From Acidobacteriota bacterium (GTDB lineage: Bacteria; Acidobacteriota; UBA6911; RPQK01; JAJDTT01), in assembly GCA_965263035.1 (NCBI GenBank), contig OZ253580.1, positions 5,440,001 to 5,504,000 on the forward strand: DNA of 64,000 bases. Reading direction: 5' to 3'. Position 1 is the first letter of the stretch. The number at the start of each line of letters is the position of its first letter. Shown in pieces: positions 1 to 8,928 of this stretch. Both the position numbers and the translations under genes were made by a program. The notes below the pieces were generated by a model, which was not told the DNA's origin, searched no databases, and saw only the letters and a program-made list of their open reading frames with translations.

Positions 1-567
1 GACCCCGACCGGGGTCAGGTTTTCCTGGGCGGCGAGGACATTACTCCGTTGCCCATGTACGTCCGGGCGCGGCGGGGGATCAGCTATCTTTCCCAGGAAC
101 CTTCCGTGTTTCGCAGGCTTTCGGTGGAGGACAATCTGTACGCCATCGCCGAAACCCTGGATCTCCCTCATGGAGAATCGGATCAGTTGGTCAGCGAGCT
201 GTTGGAAGAATTCGGGATCTCGGCCTTGAGGGAGCGTCCAGCCTACACCCTTTCCGGCGGCGAGAGACGACGTCTGGAAATTGCACGGGCGCTGGTCATC
301 CGGCCTGACTTCATCTTGCTGGACGAGCCTTTTGCCGGAATCGACCCCATCGCCGTGTTGGATATCCAACGCATGGTCTCCCGTCTCCAGGCGCGGAGAA
401 TAGGCGTACTGATCACCGATCACAACGTTCGCGAAACGCTTCGGATCACCGATCGAGCCTACATCATCACGGAGGGGAGAATCTTTCGATCAGGCACCCC
501 GGATCTGCTCTCCTCCGATCCGGACGTGCGCAAAGTTTACCTGGGTGATCAGTTCCAGCTATACTGA
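1..567 (+). CDS. lptB: LPS export ABC transporter ATP-binding protein (5'-truncated by window)
   Basis: Frame open from base 1; [26 protein letters not shown] and [10 protein letters not shown] motifs; immediately upstream of rpoN. Confidence 0.95.
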   Translation, partial: DPDRGQVFLGGEDITPLPMYVRARRGISYLSQEPSVFRRLSVEDNLYAIAETLDLPHGESDQLVSELLEEFGISALRERPAYTLSGGERRRLEIARALVIRPDFILLDEPFAGIDPIAVLDIQRMVSRLQARRIGVLITDHNVRETLRITDRAYIITEGRIFRSGTPDLLSSDPDVRKVYLGDQFQLY

Positions 568-630
568 GGCCAGTGGGCGCCAGTTGGACTGGCCTGATAC
601 TTTCCTCCGCGCTACAGCGTGTCATTGTCA

Positions 631-792
631 GCGGTCCGTGGTGAAAGTCCCGCGTAGCACCGACAACGGGTATGCGGCGGCAGGACAAGACGGGGCGAGG
701 AAGCATACTCGATCGGAGGGAAGCGACGGCCGGCAATGACCACCGGGATGCTGGCCCGGCCGAATGACGTGCCGACTTTTGCTTCGGGCCGC
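631..792. repeat. ~162-bp palindromic repeat, divergent copy 1
   Basis: Ends GCGGTCCGTGGTGAAAGTCCCGCG ... GACTTTTGCTTCGGGCCGC match the family; interior diverged. Confidence 0.8.
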
Positions 793-827
793 CAAGGGAA
801 CCTGAACCGGAGCAACGCCGGAGTGTC

Positions 828-2273
828 ATGAGTCGACGCGCTCAATTGAAACCCTCCCTGGTACTCGGCCTTTCGCAACGCTTGGCCATCACTCCCTCGC
901 TCCTCCAGAAGATTGAACTGCTCTCCGTCAACCAGTTGGAACTCTCTGAGATCCTCCAGCAGGAGTTGGAAGAGAACCCCTTGTTGGATGAGGTCTCGGA
1001 TCACTTCGAAGCAGGATCGGAGGCTTCGGAACGGACCCCTGAATCGGAGCAGGAACCGGGTTCCCTCGAGGAAGGAAGTCAGCTGGAGGACTTCGACTTC
1101 GAATATTTCTTCGGGGACTATCTGGGATCGAGTTACGAGCGGCAGGAGTTCGAACCTGTAGAACAGAAAGCTTCGTTCGACCAGTTTCTCTCGTCCTCCG
1201 ATTCTTTGTGGGATTACCTGAATTGGCAGTTGAACCTGAATGACATCGATTCGGATCTGCGGGAGGTCGCCTACTTCATTGTGGGCAACCTGGACGAGGA
1301 TGGCTACCTGACCCTCAGCTTGGAGGAGATCTGCCAGCAACTGCAGGTTTCGTCCGAGAGTGTCGATGCCGCTCTGGCGGCGGTTCAGGCCCTCGACCCG
1401 GTGGGCGTCGGGTGCCGGGACCTCCGCGAATGTCTACTGCTGCAGGCGAGAGCCGCAGGTTTGGAAGACTCTCTGGTGGGTGCGATGATTCGGGACTGCC
1501 TGCCATTGATCGAAGCCAGGAAATTCTCCGGCATACTGAATCGTCTGAAATGCGATCCGAAGGATCTGTCCCGCGTGCTGGAGTCGATTCGAGGCTTTTC
1601 GCCCCGGCCGGGGCAGAAATATGCCGCTACCCAACCGGTCTACGTACGGCCGGACGTACACATTCGCAAGGTTGGAGACGAGTACCAGATCAGTCTCAAC
1701 GACGATGGCCTGCCCAAGCTGAGAATCAACCGCTCCTACCGGAAGCTGCTTCGCAAGAACGGTGTCTCCAAGGAAACCAAGACCTTTATCCGCGAGCGAT
1801 TTCGGTCAGCCATCGATCTGCTGCGAGGGGTGGACCAGCGGGAGGAAACCATTTTCCGAGTCTGCCGCGTGATCGTCCGGCACCAGCACGATTTCATGGA
1901 ATCGGGCATCGGGAAGTTGAAGCCGTTGTTGATCAAGGATGTGGCCGATGAACTGGGGGTTCACCCGTCCACCATCAGTCGTGTCGTCGCCAACAAGTAT
2001 GCCCACACCCCGCAGGGCGTGATGCAGTTGCGCCGATTCTTCTCCGTGGGCGTGGAGCACGCCAACGGAGAGAACGTCTCCACCATGCAGGTGAAGGACA
2101 GGCTCAAAAACCTGATCCAGCAAGAGGATCCCAAGAAGCCCTTGTCCGACCAGAAACTCACCAACCTGTTGAACCGGGATGGGATCCGTATAACCCGTCG
2201 CACCGTCGCCAAGTACCGGGATCAGATGAGAGTTCCCGGGTCGCTCGCCAGAAAGAAGGCGAATCTGTTGTAG
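828..2273 (+). CDS. rpoN: RNA polymerase sigma-54 factor
   Basis: ENPLL region I, HPSTISR HTH, RpoN box TRRTVAKYR. Confidence 0.97.
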   Translation: MSRRAQLKPSLVLGLSQRLAITPSLLQKIELLSVNQLELSEILQQELEENPLLDEVSDHFEAGSEASERTPESEQEPGSLEEGSQLEDFDFEYFFGDYLGSSYERQEFEPVEQKASFDQFLSSSDSLWDYLNWQLNLNDIDSDLREVAYFIVGNLDEDGYLTLSLEEICQQLQVSSESVDAALAAVQALDPVGVGCRDLRECLLLQARAAGLEDSLVGAMIRDCLPLIEARKFSGILNRLKCDPKDLSRVLESIRGFSPRPGQKYAATQPVYVRPDVHIRKVGDEYQISLNDDGLPKLRINRSYRKLLRKNGVSKETKTFIRERFRSAIDLLRGVDQREETIFRVCRVIVRHQHDFMESGIGKLKPLLIKDVADELGVHPSTISRVVANKYAHTPQGVMQLRRFFSVGVEHANGENVSTMQVKDRLKNLIQQEDPKKPLSDQKLTNLLNRDGIRITRRTVAKYRDQMRVPGSLARKKANLL

Positions 2274-2435
2274 CAGTCCGTGGTAAAAGTCCCGCGAGCA
2301 CCGAGACCGTTCCTGCGCCCGCCGGACCAGGCGCAACGGAGGGAGCATACCGGGAGTATGTGAGCCGAGTCGCAACGCAGTCCGCGCACGATGCAGGGAC
2401 GGTCGAATGCCGTGACGACTTTTGCCACGGGCTGG
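2273..2435. repeat. ~162-bp palindromic repeat, copy 2
   Basis: TA-GCAGTCCGTGGTAAAAGTC ... GACTTTTGCCACGGGCTGG-TA; terminal inverted repeats with TA on both sides. Confidence 0.92.
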
Positions 2436-2480
2436 TAACCCTCGATTCCCACCGGGAGGGCCACAGGCGAGGCGTGAACC

Positions 2481-3473
2481 ATGCAGAATCATTCCGTGCC
2501 CTCGGTGACGGTTCGAAAGTTCCACGAGTCCGTGGATCAGACCCTGAACCTGGCGCTGGCCTCCAGCGCGGCCGGTTTGGACAACTCCATCACGTCTCCC
2601 AGAATTCAGAAGTTGGGCTTGGCCCTTTCAGGATACACCCGCTATCTGCACCGGGGACGAGTGCAGTTCGTCGGCCGCACCGAGATTCACTACATGGAGG
2701 ACTTGTCCTCGGAGCGCCGCCGGAAGGTTCTTGCCGACGCCTTCGACGTAGGACTCTGTTGCGTCCTGGTGACGACCGGATTGGCGCCGCCACCGGAGTT
2801 TTTGGCCGCGGCGGAGAAAGCGGCGACTCCGGTCCTCACGACGACGGCGCTCAGCTCCCAGGCCATCGTTGAGGTCACAGCGAATCTGCAGGAGCATCTG
2901 GCACTCACCCAGACCATCCATGGGGTTCTGGTGGAGCTCCTGGGACTTGGGGTCCTGCTGGTGGGGGAGTCGGGAATCGGGAAGAGTGAGTGTGCGCTGG
3001 ACCTGATCCTGAGGGGCCACCGCCTGGTCACCGACGATCTGGTGGTATTGAAGAGGTATTCGGGCGACATCCTGGTGGGGTCCGGTCCTCCGGATGTGCC
3101 CTTCCACATGGAATTGAGGGGCTTGGGCATCATCAACGTCAGGGATCTGTTCGGGATCTCCGTGCTCAGCCCGGCCCGGCCTGTCGATCTGGTGATCAAG
3201 CTGGAAAAATGGCCGGAGCGGGAGACTCGGGACCGTCTGGGACTGGAGGAAGAGAAGTATCGCGTACTGGGAGTGGATCTTCCGTTGATCACGATTCCGG
3301 TGGCGTCGGGACGGACTCTGGCGACCTTGGTGGAGGTGGCCGTCAGAATCCAGAAATTGAAGATGCAGGGATATAATCCCGCGCTGGAGTCGATTCGCCT
3401 TTTGGAAAGGCGTATTCAAGTACCGTGGGATCCAGGAGAGCAACCCCGAGCGGGGGATCGGGACAATGAATGA
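2481..3473 (+). CDS. hprK: HPr kinase/phosphorylase
   Basis: HGVLV, Walker A GESGIGKSE, LVTDD, ELRGLGII motifs. Confidence 0.97.
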   Translation: MQNHSVPSVTVRKFHESVDQTLNLALASSAAGLDNSITSPRIQKLGLALSGYTRYLHRGRVQFVGRTEIHYMEDLSSERRRKVLADAFDVGLCCVLVTTGLAPPPEFLAAAEKAATPVLTTTALSSQAIVEVTANLQEHLALTQTIHGVLVELLGLGVLLVGESGIGKSECALDLILRGHRLVTDDLVVLKRYSGDILVGSGPPDVPFHMELRGLGIINVRDLFGISVLSPARPVDLVIKLEKWPERETRDRLGLEEEKYRVLGVDLPLITIPVASGRTLATLVEVAVRIQKLKMQGYNPALESIRLLERRIQVPWDPGEQPRAGDRDNE

Positions 3474-3885
3474 AACGGAACGGACTCACATCGGAGGACT
3501 GGTCGTCACTCACGGGAGACTGGGCCATGAGTTGGTCGCCGCCGCGGAGATGATCGTCGGGGAGATTCCCCACATCCTGCCGGTTTCCATTGGTTGGCAC
3601 GACGACGTGGATCGGTCCCGGGAGGAGATCAAGGAAGCCATCATCAGCCTGAACCGTGGCGGCGGAGTCATCATCCTGACGGACATGTTCGGAGGGACGC
3701 CATCCAATCTGACCCTCGCCTTGTTGAAGAAGGGAGAGGTGGAAATCGTTACTGGGGTCAACCTGCCCATGATCATCAAGTTGGCCAATCAAACGGGCCA
3801 GGAGGACGTGAGCGTACTCGCGCGCCGGGTCCTGGAACAGGGGCAGAAACACATCGCGTTGGCCAGCGGGTTGCTGGGGGAATGA
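3466..3885 (+). CDS. PTS EIIA component, mannose/fructose type
   Basis: VVTHG phospho-His motif, TDMFGGTPSN, GVNLPM. Confidence 0.95.
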   Translation: MNETERTHIGGLVVTHGRLGHELVAAAEMIVGEIPHILPVSIGWHDDVDRSREEIKEAIISLNRGGGVIILTDMFGGTPSNLTLALLKKGEVEIVTGVNLPMIIKLANQTGQEDVSVLARRVLEQGQKHIALASGLLGE

Positions 3886-4157
3886 TCCGACGCGTCGTCC
3901 GGATCCGGAATCATCTGGGGTTGCACGCTCGCGCGGCGGCCAAGCTGGTGAAGACGGCGTCCCGCTATGACAGCGACGTCAAGCTCTCAAGGGTCGGTGG
4001 GGCCCAGCAGATCGACGGCAAGAGCATTCTGGGCATTCTCTTGTTGGCCGCCTCCTACGGCACCGAGCTGGAATTCACGGTTCGCGGGTCCGACGAGATC
4101 GAGGCCGCCGAGTCCATAGAGAGTCTGGTCAGGAACCGCTTTGGAGAGGAGAAGTGA
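3882..4157 (+). CDS. ptsH: Phosphocarrier protein HPr
   Basis: GLHARAAAKLV (His15) and DGKSILG (Ser46); ATGA overlap with EIIA stop. Confidence 0.96.
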   Translation: MIRRVVRIRNHLGLHARAAAKLVKTASRYDSDVKLSRVGGAQQIDGKSILGILLLAASYGTELEFTVRGSDEIEAAESIESLVRNRFGEEK

Positions 4158-4228
4158 AATCGCTGGGTTGATCAACGCGATTCGCTCCCGATAGGAAGAC
4201 TCGGGTCTTTGCTGTATTTTCGAGGGAA

Positions 4229-6031
4229 ATGGTGGAGAAGCTGCAAGCCAACGAATCCGGCCGGAGATTGGTGGGCACACCCCTGTCTCCAGGACTCGGG
4301 GCTGGAAGAGCGTATCGGATCGAGCAGCATGCGCCGGACTTCCATCGGCTGCATCTTTCTCCGGCCGAAGCGCCACGCGAGTTGGAGAGGCTGCAGGAAG
4401 CCCTGGCCAAGTCCCGAGACCAGTTGGTCCGGATCAAGGAACGATTCGAGCAACAGTTGGGCAAGGAGCACTCCTACATCATCGATGCCCATCGGCTGAT
4501 CCTTGAAGATCAGGAATTCCTGGACCAGATTCGATCCAAGATCAGGGATCATCTGTACGGTCCCGAGCGCGCAGTCTGGGAGGCCACAGAGGAGTGGCTG
4601 GCCGTGTTCCGCACTCTGACCGACCCCTTTTTCCGGGACCGTGGATCGGATCTGGAAGAAGTCGCGCGGAGGATCGTTGCCAACCTGGGTGAATCCGGGC
4701 CGCCCCGCAGGGAGGAAGAACCATCCGAGGACCTGATCCTTGTGGGCTCGGAAATCGGACTCTCGGATCTGGCCGGCTTTCCTCTGAGCCAGGTCAAGGG
4801 ACTGGTCTCGATGCGCGGGGGACAAACCTCGCATATCACCATCATCGCCCGGGTGCACCGTATTCCCGCCGTATCCGGCGTTCGGGAGGTCGAGGGCACC
4901 ATTCGGACTGGAGATGAAATGATCGTCGACGGCTCCGAAGGTATCGTTCTGGTGCAACCCTCGGCGGGAGAACGCCACAGCTTCCAGGTGTTGCTGCGCC
5001 AGCAGGAGCAACGTCGGAGTTCCCAGTTGCAGGGGGACTCCAGACCGTCCCGTACGGCTGACGGGAGGGTGGTCTCGGTGCTCGCCAACACCGACATGGA
5101 AGACGAAGCCACCGTAGCCTTCGGCTTGGGTGCGGAGGGAATCGGACTCTTTCGTTCCGAGTTCGTGTACATGGGTGAAAGGAGTGGCCCGGTCCGGTTC
5201 CAAGAGCAGTTGACCATCTATCGGCGGTTGGCCCGATTGACGGGGCGGCGACCGGCCGTGATCCGGACCTTGGACATGGGAACGGAAGATCACCCTTACT
5301 TTAGTCGGCTGGCGGGCGGGGGACCGGTATTGGGCCTCCGGGGCATTCGATTGAGTCTGGACCAACCCCATCTGTTTCGGGACCAGGTGCGAGCCATTGT
5401 CAGTGCCCGTACGGAGGGAAACCTGCGGATTCTGCTCCCCATGATCTCGAGTGCGGACGAACTGGTCACCGCCCGCGAGTTGATTCGGCAAGTGGAGCGG
5501 GAGGTGTCCAGAGAAACAGGCATTGAACCGGAATCGCCGATCCAAGTGGGTGCCATGATCGAGGTCCCTTCGGCCGTACTGGTTCTGGACGGAATCTGCC
5601 GGTATGCGGATTTCGTTTCGGTGGGCAGCAATGATCTGATCCAGTTCACTCTGGCGGTGGACCGATCCAGCGACGTCCTGTCTCCCCTATTCAACCCCCT
5701 CCACCCGGCCATCCTGAAGAGCTTGGAACGGGTGGCCAGAGTCGCGTCCGAGAATCGCATTCCCGCGTACGTCTGTGGCGAGGTCGCCGCACAGCCACTC
5801 TACGCGTACCTGCTCATCGGTATGGGTTTCCAACGGCTTTCCATGAATCCGTTCTCCATTCCGACGGTGAAGAAACGAATTCGAGAGATGGTCTACGAGG
5901 AAGCAAGGGAGCGAATTCAGGAGCTGTTGGAGTTCTCTACGATCAAAGAAGTCGAGAGGTTCGTGAAACGGGAGATGCCGTCGTGGGAGACCGTCGGTCA
6001 GGGATCGGGACCCCAGTTCGTGAAGAGTTGA
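4229..6031 (+). CDS. ptsI: PEP-protein phosphotransferase (PTS enzyme I)
   Basis: GGQTSH phospho-His, GIGLFRSE, LGLRGIR, GSNDLIQF, CGE motifs. Confidence 0.95.
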   Translation: MVEKLQANESGRRLVGTPLSPGLGAGRAYRIEQHAPDFHRLHLSPAEAPRELERLQEALAKSRDQLVRIKERFEQQLGKEHSYIIDAHRLILEDQEFLDQIRSKIRDHLYGPERAVWEATEEWLAVFRTLTDPFFRDRGSDLEEVARRIVANLGESGPPRREEEPSEDLILVGSEIGLSDLAGFPLSQVKGLVSMRGGQTSHITIIARVHRIPAVSGVREVEGTIRTGDEMIVDGSEGIVLVQPSAGERHSFQVLLRQQEQRRSSQLQGDSRPSRTADGRVVSVLANTDMEDEATVAFGLGAEGIGLFRSEFVYMGERSGPVRFQEQLTIYRRLARLTGRRPAVIRTLDMGTEDHPYFSRLAGGGPVLGLRGIRLSLDQPHLFRDQVRAIVSARTEGNLRILLPMISSADELVTARELIRQVEREVSRETGIEPESPIQVGAMIEVPSAVLVLDGICRYADFVSVGSNDLIQFTLAVDRSSDVLSPLFNPLHPAILKSLERVARVASENRIPAYVCGEVAAQPLYAYLLIGMGFQRLSMNPFSIPTVKKRIREMVYEEARERIQELLEFSTIKEVERFVKREMPSWETVGQGSGPQFVKS

Positions 6032-6089
6032 CCTCTTCGGATCATGACCGGTGCCGCATGGGGGTAAGACCACTTGGCGGTGAATCGCC

Positions 6090-6641
6090 ATGACCTCAGC
6101 AAACCAGCTCACGTTGCTCCGCATTCTCTCGGTTCCGGTTTTTCTGGCTCTGGTCGTTTCCGGCGCCGTCGGAACCGCCCTGCTGGTGTTCCTTCTGGCG
6201 GGGACGACGGATTTGTTGGACGGGCTGATCGCCCGGAAATTCGGTCAACGGACCTCCCTGGGGAGGTTGCTGGATCCCCTGGCCGACAAACTTCTGATGG
6301 TCGGCGCTCTCGTCGTGCTCTCTTGGGAGAACCCGGCTCTGGAGATCCAGATACCCCAATGGTTGACCCTGTCGGTAGTGGCTCGGGACCTGCTTCTGGG
6401 AATTGGCGCCGTCTCGATCTGCGTCTTCACCGGCACCAAGACGTTTCCGCCGTCCATCTGGGGCAAGTTGTCCACACTTGCCCAGTTCACGACCATCTTG
6501 GCGGTCCTCGTGGACAACCTGGTCCCGTGGCGAATGCCTTTTCACGGCAGTCTCTTCGGTCTCACGGCCCTGCTGGCGGTGGGCAGCGGTTTCCAGTATC
6601 TGGTCCGCGGCGTGCGTATCGTTGCCTGTAATCGGGGATGA
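6090..6641 (+). CDS. CDP-alcohol phosphatidyltransferase (PgsA-like)
   Basis: ANQLTLLR; DLLDGLIAR...GRLLDPLADK signature. Confidence 0.92.
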   Translation: MTSANQLTLLRILSVPVFLALVVSGAVGTALLVFLLAGTTDLLDGLIARKFGQRTSLGRLLDPLADKLLMVGALVVLSWENPALEIQIPQWLTLSVVARDLLLGIGAVSICVFTGTKTFPPSIWGKLSTLAQFTTILAVLVDNLVPWRMPFHGSLFGLTALLAVGSGFQYLVRGVRIVACNRG

Positions 6642-6676
6642 ATCGCCTGCATTTCGGGAGTTGAATCAGATTCGTC

Positions 6677-7459
6677 ATGGAATTCCGCAACCTGAGGCTG
6701 GAAGTCGATTCGGGAGGAGTAGCCGAGCTCACCCTTGAACGGCCGGAGGTCCTGAACGCGTTGAACCAGGAAACGATTCGGGAGCTGGAGGCGGCCTTCC
6801 GGTCCCTGGAGCGGAATCAGGAAGTTCGTGTCGTGCTCCTCGCGGGCGGCGGGGCGGCGTTTTCCGCCGGGGCGGACATCCCTGAGGTCCACCGGTTGGA
6901 CGCCGAGACCGCCCAGGCTTTCTCTCGACGGGGCCAGGCCGTCCTGAATCGGATCGAAGGCGGATCCAAACCGGTTGTGGCCGCAGTGCGGGGCTTCTGT
7001 CTTGGTGGGGGCTGCGAACTCGCGCTGGGGTGCCATATCCGGATTGCGGCGACGGATGCTCGAATCGGATTGCCTGAAGTGAAGCTGGGCATCATTCCCG
7101 GCTATGGTGGCACGCAGCGTCTGCCCCGAATCGTGGGACGTTCCAAGGCCCTCGAGTTGTTGCTCTGCGGCAGGATCATGACCGCCCAGGAGGCCTTGCA
7201 GGCCGGTCTGGTGAGCCGCGTGGTGGAGCCGGACGAGCTTCTGCCCACGTGTAGAGATCTGGCGTCCAGGATCGCCGGGCAGGCGCCCTTGGCTGTAAGG
7301 TACTGCTTCGAGGCCGTCAATCGGGGTTACGGCCTGCCTCTGCAAGCCGGGCTTGCCCTGGAGACGGCCCTCTTCGGGCTGGCTTCGGGCACGGATGACA
7401 TGAGGGAGGGGACCCGGGCCTTCATGGAAAAGAGAAAGGCCCGTTTCAAGGGCCGGTGA
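6677..7459 (+). CDS. Enoyl-CoA hydratase/isomerase (crotonase family)
   Basis: FSAGADI, GGGCELAL, GLPEVKLGIIPGYGGTQRLPR. Confidence 0.95.
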   Translation: MEFRNLRLEVDSGGVAELTLERPEVLNALNQETIRELEAAFRSLERNQEVRVVLLAGGGAAFSAGADIPEVHRLDAETAQAFSRRGQAVLNRIEGGSKPVVAAVRGFCLGGGCELALGCHIRIAATDARIGLPEVKLGIIPGYGGTQRLPRIVGRSKALELLLCGRIMTAQEALQAGLVSRVVEPDELLPTCRDLASRIAGQAPLAVRYCFEAVNRGYGLPLQAGLALETALFGLASGTDDMREGTRAFMEKRKARFKGR

Positions 7460-7472
7460 AGCCGAAAGTCTG

Positions 7473-7634
7473 GCAGCCCGTGGCAAAAGTCGTCACGGCA
7501 TTCGACCGGGTCTGCATCGTGCGCGGACTGCGTTGCTCCTCGGTCACATACTCCCGGTATGCTCCCTCAGAGCGCCTGGTCCGGCGGGCGCAGCCCCGGT
7601 CTCGGTGCTGCGTGAGACTTTCACCACGGACTGC
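7473..7634. repeat. ~162-bp palindromic repeat, copy 3 (reverse orientation)
   Basis: GCAGCCCGTGGCAAAAGTC ... GACTTTCACCACGGACTGC-TA. Confidence 0.92.
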
Positions 7635-7663
7635 TAGTCGTAGTAGACTGGGATTTGGGAGAC

Positions 7664-8143
7664 ATGGACGTGAAGGAAATCTCAGGACGTATGGATGGGG
7701 CGGATCTCAGGATCGGCGTGGTTGTCAGCCGCTTCAACGAGTTGGTCACCGATCGACTTCTGAAGGGGGCGTTGGACGTGCTCGACCGGCTCGGAGTCCC
7801 GGATGAGGATGTGACGGTCGTTCATGTCCCTGGGAGCTTCGAAATCCCTTTTGCCGCCCGGAAATTGGCTTCCGCCGGTATCTGCGACGCCGTCGTCTGC
7901 CTCGGGACCCTGATTCGGGGAGAGACGGACCATTACGAGTACTTGGCTTCGCATGTGACCGGAGCTCTGTCGCGGTTGGCGCTGGAGCAGGGCGTCCCCA
8001 TCACCTACGGCCTGATCACGGCGGACACCACCGAACAAGCCATCAATCGTGCGGGTTTGAAGCATGGCAACAAGGGAGCGGAAGCGGCGTCCGCTGCGGT
8101 GGAAATGGCCGACCTGGCTCGTCAGAAGCTGGCGGACGGCTGA
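7664..8143 (+). CDS. ribH: 6,7-dimethyl-8-ribityllumazine synthase
   Basis: VSRFNE, VPGSFEIP, LIRGETDH, GNKGAEAA. Confidence 0.97.
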   Translation: MDVKEISGRMDGADLRIGVVVSRFNELVTDRLLKGALDVLDRLGVPDEDVTVVHVPGSFEIPFAARKLASAGICDAVVCLGTLIRGETDHYEYLASHVTGALSRLALEQGVPITYGLITADTTEQAINRAGLKHGNKGAEAASAAVEMADLARQKLADG

Positions 8144-8283
8144 TGCGCCCGGTGGACACGGGGAAGGGATGCGCCTCCTGGTCTCCCCTTCCGGCACACA
8201 GACCGGGAATTGCCGCTTCCGAGGTGCGAGACCATCGATCCCACTGGCTGGTGGGACCACTCCCCTGGTTCAAGAGAGTGATA

Positions 8284-8446
8284 TCAGCCCGTGGTAGAAG
8301 TCGTCACGGCATTCGACCGGGTCTGCATCGTGCGCGGACTGCGTTGCGCCTCGGTCACATAGGGTCGAATATGCTCCCTCACCGCGCCTTGTCCGGCGGG
8401 CGCAGCCCCGGTTTCGGTGCTACGCGGGACTTTCACCAAGGACTGA
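8284..8446. repeat. ~162-bp palindromic repeat, copy 4
   Basis: TA-TCAGCCCGTGGTAGAAGTC ... GACTTTCACCAAGGACTGA-TA; abuts the nusB ATG. Confidence 0.92.
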
Positions 8447-8447
8447 T

Positions 8448-8867
8448 ATGAGCAGAAGGAGGGCCCGTGAATTCGCCGTGCAGATGCTCTATCAGCAGGA
8501 GGTGACCCGGGACCCGGGCTCCCAGGTGGAGCGGTCCTTTTGGATCGCTCATTCCGCGGCCGCAGCAGAGTCCCGCAGCTTTGCAGGTCAGCTGTTCGGG
8601 AAATCTCTACAAGCCAGGAGCAGGATCGATACCCTGATCCGACGCCATTGCGACAACTGGAAATTGGAGAGGATTTCGGCAGTCGATCGAAACGTGCTGC
8701 GCCTGGGGATCGCCGAGTTCCTCTTTTTGGACACGCCCAAGGTGGTGGTCATCAACGAGGCCATCGAGATCGCGCGAAAATATGGGACGGAGCGATCGGC
8801 GGATTTCGTCAACGGTATCCTGGATGCCATTCGGAAGGAACTGGATACGGAAAGGGAGGCCGGTTGA
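8448..8867 (+). CDS. nusB: Transcription antitermination factor NusB
   Basis: RRRAREFAVQMLYQ, DRNVLR, INEAIEIARKYG, FVNGILD; follows ribH. Confidence 0.97.
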   Translation: MSRRRAREFAVQMLYQQEVTRDPGSQVERSFWIAHSAAAAESRSFAGQLFGKSLQARSRIDTLIRRHCDNWKLERISAVDRNVLRLGIAEFLFLDTPKVVVINEAIEIARKYGTERSADFVNGILDAIRKELDTEREAG

Positions 8868-8928
8868 GGAGAGAGATGACGCGCGCGGAGGGCCACGCAG
8901 GGAGGACCCGGGAGCGGGGAGCGGCAAG

